This document shows, piece by piece, positions 18,041 through 27,780 of a stretch of DNA of 64,000 nucleotides. Position numbers and translations under genes: made by a program. The DNA comes from Candidatus Acidiferrales bacterium (lineage in GTDB: Bacteria; Chloroflexota; Dormibacteria; Aeolococcales; Bog-877): contig DATLTJ010000043.1 of the NCBI GenBank assembly GCA_035533655.1, positions 1,726-65,725 of the forward strand, in the 5' to 3' direction. How positions within the stretch are numbered: position 1 is the first letter of the stretch; each line of letters starts with the position of its first letter. The notes under the pieces were generated by a model. That model made no database searches and was not told the DNA's origin. It worked only from the letters and a program-made list of their open reading frames with translations.

Positions 18041-19345
18041 TCATTCCCGATCTCCTCGGCGGAACACTCCCGGCAGCACTAGGACGCCTTCCAGGACGGC
18101 CAGCAGAACCAGGGCGCTGGCGATCCGTGGCACGAAGTCGGAGACCGCCGGCGGCGAAGCGAACAGCCAGGCGATCACCGCGGGGACCCCGATCGCGGGC
18201 ACGATCGCGAAGTGACGCACCCGCGCCCCCATGCCGTAGTAGGCGAGCATGTTGACGAAGGTCAGGGCCACAACCCCGACCGTGAAGAGCGGCAGGAGCT
18301 TGGAGTCGCGCACGTACTGGGGGCCGAGCACGACTTTGAGCAGGTGGGGGGCGAGCAGCCCGTAGGCCAGCAGGGCCACCGCATCTGCTACGCAGAGGCC
18401 GGCCAGGGCCTGGAGGAGCAGCTTGCGCCGGGCGGAGGCCGTCTTGGCGGCGGCGATCCGGGGGTACATCACCGCACTCAGACTGCTGGTGCCATAGAAG
18501 ACGATTTTTCCCATCACCGAGAGGCCCGAGTAGAGACCGGCCCCGTGGGCAGTCAGCACGTGGCGGGCCGCGACCACGTCGAGGTTGTTGAAGACCGGAG
18601 CGCTGGCAGCTCCCGCGACCACGGTGTAGTCGACGAGCCGGCCGGCGTTGGCGGAGGAGCGGCTGAGGTGCGCGCCTGGGTGCCGGGGGTAGACGGCGGA
18701 GCCAATCGCCCCTCCCAGCGTCCCAATGGGTACCGCCGCCGCCCCCAGATGGAGATGCAGCAGGATGACCGCCACCACCACCACGGTCGCGCCGTAAAGG
18801 ACGAGGTTGACCGCCAGCCGGCGAAAGTCCCGGGAACCCTGGAGGTAACCCCGCTGGGCGCCGGCGTAAGCGGTCAGCGGAGCCGCGACTACTGTCACTG
18901 CCAGCACTTCGGGATGAGGGAGGTGGAGCAGGTAGGCGAGCAGGAAGTCGACCGGGATCATGATCGCCCCGAGTGCCAGGCCAATTCGCCAGGCGCTGCG
19001 GCGCAGGTCGGCCCAACGCTCGATCGCGGGGATACCCCGTGAGACGGTGGCGGCGACCTCGCGGGCGGCTCCGGCCGCGACCACAAACGCGGTGGTGTAG
19101 AGGAGGTTGAGCACCGCGACCACCGAGGTTGACACGCCGTTCTCCGCCGCCGTGAGGTGGTGGGCGGCGTAGGACTGGGCGATCAGTACTCCGAATCCGG
19201 AGACCACGATGCCGATCAGATAGAGCAGGTTCTGCTGGATCTGGGGGCTGGCCAGGAGTCCCCGCGCCCGCCCCCCCCGGGGAGCAGGAGGCGTTGATCC
19301 TGACGCTCCGGCGTCGCCTGGGGGGGGAGGGGTCGACGACGTCAC
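18041..19345 (-). CDS. MOP/Wzx-type polysaccharide biosynthesis (flippase-like) membrane protein
   Basis: 434 aa with about 12-14 hydrophobic helices and general Polysacc_synt-like organisation. Family call rests on overall character, not a sharp motif. Confidence 0.55.
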   Translation of the reverse strand: MTSSTPPPPGDAGASGSTPPAPRGGRARGLLASPQIQQNLLYLIGIVVSGFGVLIAQSYAAHHLTAAENGVSTSVVAVLNLLYTTAFVVAAGAAREVAATVSRGIPAIERWADLRRSAWRIGLALGAIMIPVDFLLAYLLHLPHPEVLAVTVVAAPLTAYAGAQRGYLQGSRDFRRLAVNLVLYGATVVVVAVILLHLHLGAAAVPIGTLGGAIGSAVYPRHPGAHLSRSSANAGRLVDYTVVAGAASAPVFNNLDVVAARHVLTAHGAGLYSGLSVMGKIVFYGTSSLSAVMYPRIAAAKTASARRKLLLQALAGLCVADAVALLAYGLLAPHLLKVVLGPQYVRDSKLLPLFTVGVVALTFVNMLAYYGMGARVRHFAIVPAIGVPAVIAWLFASPPAVSDFVPRIASALVLLAVLEGVLVLPGVFRRGDRE

Positions 19346-19517
19346 AGCGGTAATCCTGAGGCACGGAGCCGGTCTGTCGGGGGGAGTCAGCTCCGAGTGC
19401 GGTGGCCTGGTTGGTAAAGTGGGCGTCGAATGAGCTGCGGCATGCCGAAGCGCGCCCTCGGCCCCCTGGGAAGGCCGACATTTGATCTCCCCAGTCCGAG
19501 GCCGGCGTCACCAGCAG

Positions 19518-20063
19518 ATGGCTGAGGTAAGCGGCGCGTCGCAGGGGGGGTCGTCCGTCCTGAGCGCCGCTACCACAGAGCGGATTCAGCGTTCCAAAGA
19601 GCTCTACCCCTCCGCTCGGTCGGCGGTGCTGCCCGCCTTGTGGGCGGTGCAGGAGCAGCTCGGCTACCTGGCCCCGGAAGGACTGGCGGCGGTCGCGGCC
19701 GAATTGGGCCTGGAGGCGTCGGAGGTGGAGGCGGTCTCGACCTTCTACTCGATGTACTTCCAGCACCAGCCGGGCCGGCACCTGATCCAGGTGTGCCGGA
19801 ATGTGTCCTGCGGTCTGCGTGGCTCCGACGAGCTCCTACGCCAGCTGGAGAGCTCCCTCGGGGTCGAGGATGGCCAGACCACTGAGGACGGTGCCTTCAC
19901 TCTCCAGGGCACGGTCGAGTGCCTGGGAGCCTGCGGGGGGGGGCCGATGATGCAGGTCGACCGCTACAGCTACGAGAACCTGGACATCGACAAGGCCAAT
20001 CAGATCCTGGCCGAGGTCCGGGTTCAGGGCAGCCGGGCGAGGGGAGCTGCGGCCGATGCCTGA
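19518..20063 (+). CDS. nuoE: NADH-quinone oxidoreductase subunit E
   Basis: SAVLPALWAVQEQLGYL and CRNVSCGLRGS...ECLGACG 2Fe-2S motifs. Confidence 0.9.
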   Translation: MAEVSGASQGGSSVLSAATTERIQRSKELYPSARSAVLPALWAVQEQLGYLAPEGLAAVAAELGLEASEVEAVSTFYSMYFQHQPGRHLIQVCRNVSCGLRGSDELLRQLESSLGVEDGQTTEDGAFTLQGTVECLGACGGGPMMQVDRYSYENLDIDKANQILAEVRVQGSRARGAAADA

Positions 20064-21339
20064 GGCGCGAGTGCTCACCCGGCATCTGGGGGCGCAGGGG
20101 CTTACCACCCTAGCGGGCTACGAGAAGGTTGGCGGCTACCAGGCATTGCGCAAGGCCGTGAAGATGGGCCCGGAGGCGATCCAGGCCGAGCTGAAGGCGT
20201 CCGGGCTCCGGGGCCGAGGCGGAGCCGGATTCCCGACCGCGACCAAGTGGTCATTTCTGCCCCAGGGAGTCTTCCCCAGGTATCTCTGCGTCAACGCCGA
20301 CGAGTCCGAGCCGGGCTGCTTCAAAGACCGCTACCTCATGGAGGAGTTCCCGCACCAGCTCCTGGAGGGGGTGATGATCTCCGCCTATGCCCTCCAGGTC
20401 TCGCATGCGTTCATCTATATCCGGGGTGAGTACCGGGCCCAGCGCGAGCTCCTAGAGAAGACGGTCACCGAGGCCTACCAGGCCGGTTACGCTGGCCAGG
20501 GGATCCTGGGCGAGGCCTGGAACTGTGAGCTGGTCGTCCACGGCGGCGCCGGAGCCTACATCTGCGGCGAGGAGACGGCCTTGCTCGATTCGCTGGAGGG
20601 GCTGCGCGGGCAGCCCCGGTTGAAGCCACCGTTTCCCGCCCTCAAGGGGCTCTACGGGCAGCCGACCGTGGTTAACAACGTCGAGACCCTCTCCAACTTG
20701 CCCTATATCGTCAGCGAGGGCGGCGCCAAGTACGCTGCGATTGGCACCGAGAGCAGCCCGGGCAGCCGACTGTTCTGCGTCAGCGGCCATGTCGAGCGCC
20801 CCGGTAATTACGAGATCGCCATGGGCACCACGACCTTTCGGGAGCTGCTCGAGATGGCAGGTGGAGTCTGGCGGGGCCGGTCCCTCAAGGCGATGCAGCC
20901 CGGCGGCGGCTCGATGCAGATCCTCGGTCCTCAGCACTTAGATCTGCCCCTGGACTTCAAAGCGGTCACGGATGCCGGCTCCGCCTTGGGGGCAGGAGCG
21001 CTGGTGATCATGGACGAGACCACCTGTCTGGTGGACGTGTCGATGCGGCTGGTCGACTTCTACGAGCACGAGTCCTGTGGCAAGTGCGTGCCCTGCCGGG
21101 AAGGAACCTACTTCGAAAGTGAGCTGATGCACCGGCTGGAGGCGGGCCTGGCTTCGGGCGCGGAGCTGGCTACCTTGGCTGACATCTGCGCCAACATGGA
21201 TGGCCGTTGTTTCTGTCCGCTGGGCGACACCGCCACCTGGTTCGTGATGTCCGCCTACAAGATGTTCCCGCAGGAGTTCGAGCGCCACTGCGGCGCCGGC
21301 CACTGCCCGGTGCGGGCGGAGTTGGAGGCCGCGGCGTAG
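20056..21339 (+). CDS. nuoF: NADH-quinone oxidoreductase subunit F
   Basis: GLRGRGGAGFPT, ADESEPG and ESCGKCVPCREG motifs. Confidence 0.95.
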   Translation: MPEARVLTRHLGAQGLTTLAGYEKVGGYQALRKAVKMGPEAIQAELKASGLRGRGGAGFPTATKWSFLPQGVFPRYLCVNADESEPGCFKDRYLMEEFPHQLLEGVMISAYALQVSHAFIYIRGEYRAQRELLEKTVTEAYQAGYAGQGILGEAWNCELVVHGGAGAYICGEETALLDSLEGLRGQPRLKPPFPALKGLYGQPTVVNNVETLSNLPYIVSEGGAKYAAIGTESSPGSRLFCVSGHVERPGNYEIAMGTTTFRELLEMAGGVWRGRSLKAMQPGGGSMQILGPQHLDLPLDFKAVTDAGSALGAGALVIMDETTCLVDVSMRLVDFYEHESCGKCVPCREGTYFESELMHRLEAGLASGAELATLADICANMDGRCFCPLGDTATWFVMSAYKMFPQEFERHCGAGHCPVRAELEAAA

Positions 21340-23247
21340 ATGGCGGCTACCAAGCCAGTGACGGAGCTGGTCGCGCTCTCAGTTGACGGACGGACGGTGG
21401 GGGTGGCCCCGGGCACGCTGGTCTGGGACGCCTGCGAGAAGGCCGGAATCTATGTGCCCGTGTACTGCGCCCACAAGAAGATGGAGCCCGTCGCCGTCTG
21501 TCGGATGTGCCTGGTTGAGGTGGAGGGGACGCCCAAGCTGGTGCCGGCCTGCGCGACTCGGGTGGCAGAGGGCATGGTGGTCAAGACCGCCACCGAGCAG
21601 GTCCGCAAGTTCCGCGAGGGCAACCTGGAATTTCTCTTGGTCAATCACCCCCTCGACTGTCCTGTGTGCGATCGGGGGGGGGAGTGCGACCTGCAGGACT
21701 TCGCCCTGCGCTACGGGCCGGGGCGAACTCGGACGGAGATCGGCGAGAAGGTTCACTTCGACAAGGCGGTCAAGCTCTCCGACAAGATCGTGCTGGACCA
21801 GGAGCGATGCATTCTCTGTTGGCGCTGCGTCCGCTACTACGAGGAGATCACCGGTGAGCGCGAGATCGTGCTCCAGCAGCGGGGGGTCCACACCCTGGTC
21901 GACACCTTCGAGGGCAAGCAGCTCGAGAGCGAGTTCCAGGGCAATCTTCCCGAGATCTGCCCGGTGGGGGCGCTGACCCACGAGAAGTACCGCTTCCAAG
22001 CCCGGCCATGGGATCTCCGGCGGACGGCCAGCGTCTGCCCTAAGTGCTCCTACGGATGCAACATCTTCATCGACGCCCGGGAGGACCAGGTCGCGCGCTT
22101 CGCCAGCAACGACAACCCCGACGTTGACGACAGCTGGTTGTGTGACAAGGGCCGCTACAGCTTCCCCGAGCTCAATCGCTCGGACCGGGTGCTGAACCCC
22201 GAAGCGCGGCTGGCGGGAGCCCGTCAGACCGTCTCCTACCACGAGGCCGTGGCGCGCGCCGCCGGGGCGTTGCTCCGGGTCCGCGGCGACCACGGCCCGG
22301 AGGCGATCGCCTTCCTGGCTTCCACCCAGGTGACCAACGAAGAAGCCTACTTGGTCCAGTGGCTGGCCAGGAAGGTGGTCGGCACGCCCCACCTCGATCA
22401 TCGCCTGGCCCCTCTCTCAGGCATCGGGCCCGAGCAGTTCAATCTCGGCATCGCCGAGCTCGAGGAGTGTTCCTCGGTGGTGGTCCTCGGAGACGAACCC
22501 GAACTGACCGACCCGGTGCTCACGCTGCGGCTATTTAAGGCCGAGAACAAGCTCCACCGGGAGGTGCTGCGCCAGCTGGGAGATGCCGACCCCGAGCAGC
22601 TGGCCGAACAGTTGGCCGGCCGGGAGTTGGTGGGGATCGTGGCCCATCAGGATCGGCGCCAGGCGGCGATGGCGCTGTCGGCCAGCCTATCGCGGCGGGA
22701 AACTTTGAACAAGGTTCTCACCATCGTTGACGGCATGAACGCCCGGGGCTGTCAGGATCTAGGCCTGACCCCGGGACTGCTCCCCGGGTACCAAAAGGCG
22801 CCCACCAGCGGGCGCGACGGTGGTTCCATCCTCAAGGCGGCGGCGGACGGTTCCATCAAGGCCTTGGTGGTGGTGGGCCAAGGCTGGGAGGCTGATCCTG
22901 GGTTCGAGGAAGCACTCTCCCGAGTCGAGGTGGTGGTCGGGATCACGCCCTTCGCTGGGACTCTGGCCCGGTACGCGTCGGTGCTGCTACCCGGCCGGAC
23001 CATCGCTGAGAAGGCGGGGACAGTGACCAACACTGAAGGCCGGGTCCAGAGGGTCCGCCCGGGGGTCCAGCCGCGGTACGCCTTCCCGTCCGACCTGCGG
23101 ATCCTGGGCGACTTGGCTCTCGCGATGGGAGCTGATCTGGGCGTCCAGCCGCTGGCCGGTCCGGTCTACGAGCTGATCGCCCAGGAGGTTCCTGGCTACC
23201 GCGGCTGCGTCGGTGGCCTGCGGGCCGATTGGAACCTCTCGGTTTGA
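21340..23247 (+). CDS. nuoG: NADH-quinone oxidoreductase subunit G (short, 635 aa)
   Basis: N-terminal 2Fe-2S/4Fe-4S cysteine motifs (CRMCLVEV, HPLDCPVCDRGGECDLQ, RCILCWRCVRY). Confidence 0.9.
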   Translation: MAATKPVTELVALSVDGRTVGVAPGTLVWDACEKAGIYVPVYCAHKKMEPVAVCRMCLVEVEGTPKLVPACATRVAEGMVVKTATEQVRKFREGNLEFLLVNHPLDCPVCDRGGECDLQDFALRYGPGRTRTEIGEKVHFDKAVKLSDKIVLDQERCILCWRCVRYYEEITGEREIVLQQRGVHTLVDTFEGKQLESEFQGNLPEICPVGALTHEKYRFQARPWDLRRTASVCPKCSYGCNIFIDAREDQVARFASNDNPDVDDSWLCDKGRYSFPELNRSDRVLNPEARLAGARQTVSYHEAVARAAGALLRVRGDHGPEAIAFLASTQVTNEEAYLVQWLARKVVGTPHLDHRLAPLSGIGPEQFNLGIAELEECSSVVVLGDEPELTDPVLTLRLFKAENKLHREVLRQLGDADPEQLAEQLAGRELVGIVAHQDRRQAAMALSASLSRRETLNKVLTIVDGMNARGCQDLGLTPGLLPGYQKAPTSGRDGGSILKAAADGSIKALVVVGQGWEADPGFEEALSRVEVVVGITPFAGTLARYASVLLPGRTIAEKAGTVTNTEGRVQRVRPGVQPRYAFPSDLRILGDLALAMGADLGVQPLAGPVYELIAQEVPGYRGCVGGLRADWNLSV

Positions 23248-24302
23248 GTCCCGCCGCCGACTCGATCCTGCTGGCGGTGATAGTAGCCGTGGTCAAGGGC
23301 GTTCTGATCGTGGTCGTCCTGGCCACCGGGTTCGCCTACATGACCTTCGCCGAGCGCAAGATCTCCGCTCGCATCCAGTTGCGGATCGGGCCCAACCGGG
23401 TGGGTCCCTTTGGCTTGCTGCAGCCGGCGGCGGACGGGATCAAGCTTTTCCTCAAGGAGAAGGCAGCCCCTGAGGGCCGCGATCACTTCCTCTACACCCT
23501 GGCCCCCGCCCTCGCCGCGACGGCCGCCCTCTTCGCCTTCTCGACCATTCCCATCGATCAGACCATCTGCATTCTGGGCACCCACGGCGCGGGACCGCTA
23601 TCTCCCAGCTGCCCCGGTGGCTATCCTTTGCACTGGGACTTAGCCCACCTCAACGTCGGGCTGCTTTTCATCCTGGCGATCACCTCGCTGGGGGTCTACG
23701 CGATCTTCCTAGGCGGGTGGGCCAGCAACTCCAAATACTCCCTCTTGGGTGCACTGCGGAGCTCGGCCCAGCTGATCAGCTACGAGATGGCGGTCAGCTT
23801 CGCCTTGATCGGCCCGGTCCTCCTGGCCGGGTCGCTCAACTTGGAGACGGTGGTGAACCAGCAGCACGGTCTCTGGTTTGTCTTCCTCCAACCGCTCGGG
23901 TTCTTGCTCTATTTCACCGGCGCTCTGGCCGAGACCAACCGCCTGCCCTTCGACCTGCCCGAGGCTGAGGCGGAGCTGGTGGCCGGGTACCACACCGAGT
24001 ATGCCGGGATGCGATTCGGTCTCTTCTTCATGGCTGAGTACATCAACATGATCACCGTCTGCTCCATCGCCACCGTCATGTTCCTGGGCGGTTGGATGGC
24101 CCCCTTGTGGTTTCTGCCTAACTGGCTGGGACCGGTCTGGTTCGGGGCCAAAGTGGCGCTGCTGATCTTCGTGATGATGTGGGTGCGCTGGACCTTCCCC
24201 AGGCTCCGCTACGACCGGCTGATGCAGTTCGGTTGGAAGGTACTCCTGCCGCTTGGCTTGATCAATCTGTTGATCACCTCGGTCTTCGTGGCGGTGCGAT
24301 GA
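23229..24302 (+). CDS. nuoH: NADH-quinone oxidoreductase subunit H
   Basis: ERKISARIQLRIGPNRVGPFGLLQP.ADGIKL and AE.NR.PFDL.EAE.EL motifs. The start could be TTG 23244, overlapping the nuoG stop. Confidence 0.9.
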   Translation: MEPLGLSPAADSILLAVIVAVVKGVLIVVVLATGFAYMTFAERKISARIQLRIGPNRVGPFGLLQPAADGIKLFLKEKAAPEGRDHFLYTLAPALAATAALFAFSTIPIDQTICILGTHGAGPLSPSCPGGYPLHWDLAHLNVGLLFILAITSLGVYAIFLGGWASNSKYSLLGALRSSAQLISYEMAVSFALIGPVLLAGSLNLETVVNQQHGLWFVFLQPLGFLLYFTGALAETNRLPFDLPEAEAELVAGYHTEYAGMRFGLFFMAEYINMITVCSIATVMFLGGWMAPLWFLPNWLGPVWFGAKVALLIFVMMWVRWTFPRLRYDRLMQFGWKVLLPLGLINLLITSVFVAVR

Positions 24303-24346
24303 GCCGCAGCGTCAGTCAGCGGGTCCAACTCCGAGGAGGGCGCTAG

Positions 24347-24937
24347 ATGTTCAAGGAATTGATCACCGGGTTGCGTACCACCATGAAGGCGATGACCAGT
24401 AAGCCGATCACCATCCAATACCCGGAGGAGCAGCGCCCGGTCCCGCCGCGCCACCGCGGTCGCCACATTCTGCACCGCTACGACAACGGCCTGGAGAAGT
24501 GCATCGGCTGCGAGCTCTGCGCCGGAGCCTGTCCGGTCGGCTGCATCTATGTGCAGGCCGCCGAGAACGACCCGGAGCATCCAGTCTCTCCCGGGGAGCG
24601 CTACGCGGTGCGCTACGAAATCAACCTGATGCGCTGCATCTACTGCAACTATTGCGCCGAGGCCTGCCCCACGGAGGCGATCACCTTGGGGCCCCGGTTG
24701 GACCTTACCGACTACAAGCGGGAGCGGCTAGTGGCGACCAAGGACGACCTCCTGGAGGCCTGGCCCGCTGCCCAGCAGCTGGAGGAGGGAGCGGGTGAAG
24801 GCACCGGACCCCCGGCCTCGCAACCCACGCCACTCGGGGCCGGTTCATCGCATCAAGGCCCGGCGGGGGCGGCCGCTGGTCTGAACCCGCCGATCCCGCG
24901 GGACCCGGGGCAGGGGAGGGGTACGTCGCCGGTATGA
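24347..24937 (+). CDS. nuoI: NADH-quinone oxidoreductase subunit I, with a Pro/Gly-rich C-terminal tail of about 50 aa
   Basis: Two CxxCxxCxxxCP ferredoxin motifs (CIGCELCAGACP, CIYCNYCAEACP). Confidence 0.9.
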   Translation: MFKELITGLRTTMKAMTSKPITIQYPEEQRPVPPRHRGRHILHRYDNGLEKCIGCELCAGACPVGCIYVQAAENDPEHPVSPGERYAVRYEINLMRCIYCNYCAEACPTEAITLGPRLDLTDYKRERLVATKDDLLEAWPAAQQLEEGAGEGTGPPASQPTPLGAGSSHQGPAGAAAGLNPPIPRDPGQGRGTSPV

Positions 24938-25467
24938 CCGTGATCTTCGGCATCGCGGCGGTGCTGGCCTTCCTGGGGGCGGTGGGAGTGGTGGTGAGTC
25001 GGCGCACCATCTACTCGGCCCTGAGTTTGGTGGGCAATATGATTGCCTTGGCGGTGCTCTTCCTGCTGCTCGACGCACAGTTTCTGGCGGCGGTACAGAT
25101 CATCGTCTACGCCGGGGCGGTGATGGTTCTCTTCGTCTTCATCATCGCCCTGCTGGCCCCGGGGGCCGAGGAGCGTCTCCGGCCGCTGGAACTGCGGGTC
25201 CTGGTGGGCGGAATCGCCGCCGTCGCCTTCACGGTGGTGGTGGGGCGGCTGGCCCTCAATGGGATCACGGTCAATGCCGCTGGCCAGTTTCACGGCGGCC
25301 TGGGGCCCTTCAGTCCCCAGGCGGTCAACGCCCACGGCCAGGTGCAGACCCTGGGGGAGCAACTCTTCACGACCTTCCTCCTACCTTTCGAGGTGACCTC
25401 GCTTTTGCTGCTGGTCGCCGCCGTCGGCGCGGTCTACCTATCTCGCCACCGTCGGACCGCCCGATGA
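24934..25467 (+). CDS. nuoJ: NADH-quinone oxidoreductase subunit J
   Basis: 177-aa multi-TM protein in the expected position; start overlaps the nuoI stop. Confidence 0.85.
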   Translation: MTVIFGIAAVLAFLGAVGVVVSRRTIYSALSLVGNMIALAVLFLLLDAQFLAAVQIIVYAGAVMVLFVFIIALLAPGAEERLRPLELRVLVGGIAAVAFTVVVGRLALNGITVNAAGQFHGGLGPFSPQAVNAHGQVQTLGEQLFTTFLLPFEVTSLLLLVAAVGAVYLSRHRRTAR

Positions 25468-25769
25468 CTGAACTATTTCCCGGTTTTTTGACGCTCTCGG
25501 CGGCGATGTTCGCCTTAGGGGCGCTCGGGGTCATGGTCCGGCGCAACCCCCTGGTCGTCTTCATGTCGATCGAACTGATGTTGAACGCCGGCAATCTGGC
25601 CCTCATCACCTACGCCCGCTACACCCACACCATGGCCGGCCAGGTTTTCGCCTTGATCGTGATTGCGGTGGCGGCCAGCGAGGTGGTGGTGGGGCTGGCG
25701 CTGATCACCGCGGTTTATCGGAGTGGTCGCCGGCTGGACGTTGACGACCTCAGCGAGATGCGCGAATGA
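25464..25769 (+). CDS. nuoK: NADH-quinone oxidoreductase subunit K
   Basis: 101 aa, 3 TM, IELMLNA..L and AASEVVVGLA motifs. Confidence 0.9.
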   Translation: MTELFPGFLTLSAAMFALGALGVMVRRNPLVVFMSIELMLNAGNLALITYARYTHTMAGQVFALIVIAVAASEVVVGLALITAVYRSGRRLDVDDLSEMRE

Positions 25770-25776
25770 GCGGCCG

Positions 25777-27780
25777 ATGAATCCCACCTTCACCCTGGTG
25801 CTGAGCGCCGTCGTGCTGGGGCTGCCCACCGCTGGGTTCTTGATCAATGCCCTGACGGCAGGGAAGTTGCCCCGCCGGGTGATTACCTTGCTTGGTCCAG
25901 GGGTGGTCCTGGGGTCGTTCGTGGCCACGGTGATTCTCCTGGTGGAGCTGCTGGCGCAGCGTGCTGCCGCGCGCGGCAGCACCGTTGTTTTCTGGCATTG
26001 GCTCAACCTCAGCGTGGGGCCCGCGGGAGGGGCGGTGGCCCGGTCCGGGTTCAACGCCAACTTCACCGTCAGAATCGACCCGCTGGCGGTGCTGATGATG
26101 CTGGTCATCACTGGGATCGGCGGGCTGATCCACGTGTACAGCGTTGGCTACATGGCGGAGGATCCCGGCTACAACCGTTTCTTCGCCTACATGAACCTCT
26201 TCATCACCAGCATGCTCCTGCTGGTGATGAGCGATAACCTCATCTTCCTCATCATCGGGTGGAGCATGGTGGCCTTCGCCTCCTATGCCCTGATCGCCTT
26301 CTGGTACCAGCGCCCGGCGGCCGTGGCGGCGGGGCGCAAAGCGTTTGTTACCCAGGTGATCGGCGACGTCGGTCTGGTGCTGGGCGCGTTCTTGATCTTC
26401 CTCAATTTGCGTGGCAGCAACGGGCACCTCCTGCACACCGTCGACCTCCAGACCATCTTCGCCAACGTGGGTCCAGGGGCTCATTTCCACAACGGGCTGG
26501 GACCGATGGGCGGAGGTCTGGTGACCCTGATCGGGATCTTGCTCTTCGTCGGCGCCGCGGCCAAGTCGGCCCAGTGGCCGCTCCACACCTGGCTCCCGGA
26601 TGCGATGGAAGGTCCCACCCCGGTCTCCGCTCTGATCCACGCCGCCACCATGGTGACCGCCGGGGTCTACCTGATTGCGCGCTTCCATCCCATCTACCAG
26701 CAGGCTCCGGTGGCCGCCGGGATCGTGGCGGCGGTCGGCATCGGCACTGCATTGATGGCGGCCATCATCGGCTGCACCCAGTTCGATATCAAGCGGGTCA
26801 TTGCCTACTCGACGATGAGCCAGATCGGCCTCATGATCTTTGCCGTGGGGGTGGGCGCCTACAGCGCGGGAATGTTCCAGTTCTTCACTCACGCCTGCTT
26901 CAAGGCGCTGCTATTCCTGGCGGCTGGGAACGTGATCCACGCGCTCCAGGACGAACAGGACATCCGCTCCATGGGCGGACTCTCGACCCGGATGAAGCTG
27001 ACCTTCGGGGCGTTTTTGGTCGGCGCGTTAGCCCTGTCGGGGATTCCGCTCTTCGCCGGCTGGTTCAGCAAGGAGGAATTGCTTAGTTCGGGGTTGGCGC
27101 TGGGCCCGGCAGTGCCCTGGCTCTGGGTAATTGGGGTATCGGTCAACGTTCTGACCAGCTTCTACATCTTCCGGGTGGTGTGGCGGGCGTTCCGGGGTCA
27201 GCCGGCCACCAGCCGGGCCGCGACCGCCCACGAGGCCCAGCCGGTGATGCTGGTGCCGGTGCTGTTGCTGGCCCTGTTGGCGGCGGTGGTCGGATTCCTC
27301 AACATCGACTTCTTCGGGTTCCATCCGGTCACCGTCTTCAGCGCCTTTCTGCAGCCGGTCCTGGGCACCCCGGCCGCCCGCGCCAGCGACGGGATTCAGG
27401 CGCTGGCCCTAGTGATCGGGACGGTGCTCAGTGGGGGTGGTCTCGCCTTGGCCTGGGCGGTCTACGGCCGCAAGGTGATTGCACCGGACCTGATCAGCCG
27501 GCGGCTGCCCTGGCTCTACCAACTGTCGCTCCAGAAGTTCTACTGGGACCAGATCTACGACGTGACCCTGGTCCGGCCCACGCTGGCCTGCGCCGCAGCG
27601 GTACGCGAGGCGCTAGAGCCCAGGTTCTTCGACCGCCTGGTGGACGGGGTGAAGGAGGGGGTGACCACCCTCGCCGATGACCTTCGCACCATGCAGACCG
27701 GCTTCTTCCGCGACTACGCGCTCATCTTCTTCGTCTGCGCGGTGATTGGTCTGGTGGTCCTGGGGTTGCGTTTGGCATGA
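25777..27780 (+). CDS. nuoL: NADH-quinone oxidoreductase subunit L
   Basis: Antiporter-like subunit; AAAKSAQWPLHTWLPDAMEGPTPVSALIHAATMV motif. Confidence 0.9.
   Translation: MNPTFTLVLSAVVLGLPTAGFLINALTAGKLPRRVITLLGPGVVLGSFVATVILLVELLAQRAAARGSTVVFWHWLNLSVGPAGGAVARSGFNANFTVRIDPLAVLMMLVITGIGGLIHVYSVGYMAEDPGYNRFFAYMNLFITSMLLLVMSDNLIFLIIGWSMVAFASYALIAFWYQRPAAVAAGRKAFVTQVIGDVGLVLGAFLIFLNLRGSNGHLLHTVDLQTIFANVGPGAHFHNGLGPMGGGLVTLIGILLFVGAAAKSAQWPLHTWLPDAMEGPTPVSALIHAATMVTAGVYLIARFHPIYQQAPVAAGIVAAVGIGTALMAAIIGCTQFDIKRVIAYSTMSQIGLMIFAVGVGAYSAGMFQFFTHACFKALLFLAAGNVIHALQDEQDIRSMGGLSTRMKLTFGAFLVGALALSGIPLFAGWFSKEELLSSGLALGPAVPWLWVIGVSVNVLTSFYIFRVVWRAFRGQPATSRAATAHEAQPVMLVPVLLLALLAAVVGFLNIDFFGFHPVTVFSAFLQPVLGTPAARASDGIQALALVIGTVLSGGGLALAWAVYGRKVIAPDLISRRLPWLYQLSLQKFYWDQIYDVTLVRPTLACAAAVREALEPRFFDRLVDGVKEGVTTLADDLRTMQTGFFRDYALIFFVCAVIGLVVLGLRLA

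Noticed and set aside
17955-19781. 608-aa ORF on the minus strand spanning the flippase region and the start of nuoE
   Set aside because: Extremely Arg/Pro/Gly-rich low-complexity translation. It overlaps a plausible membrane protein in another frame and the nuoE start. This is the typical GC-rich off-frame artefact.
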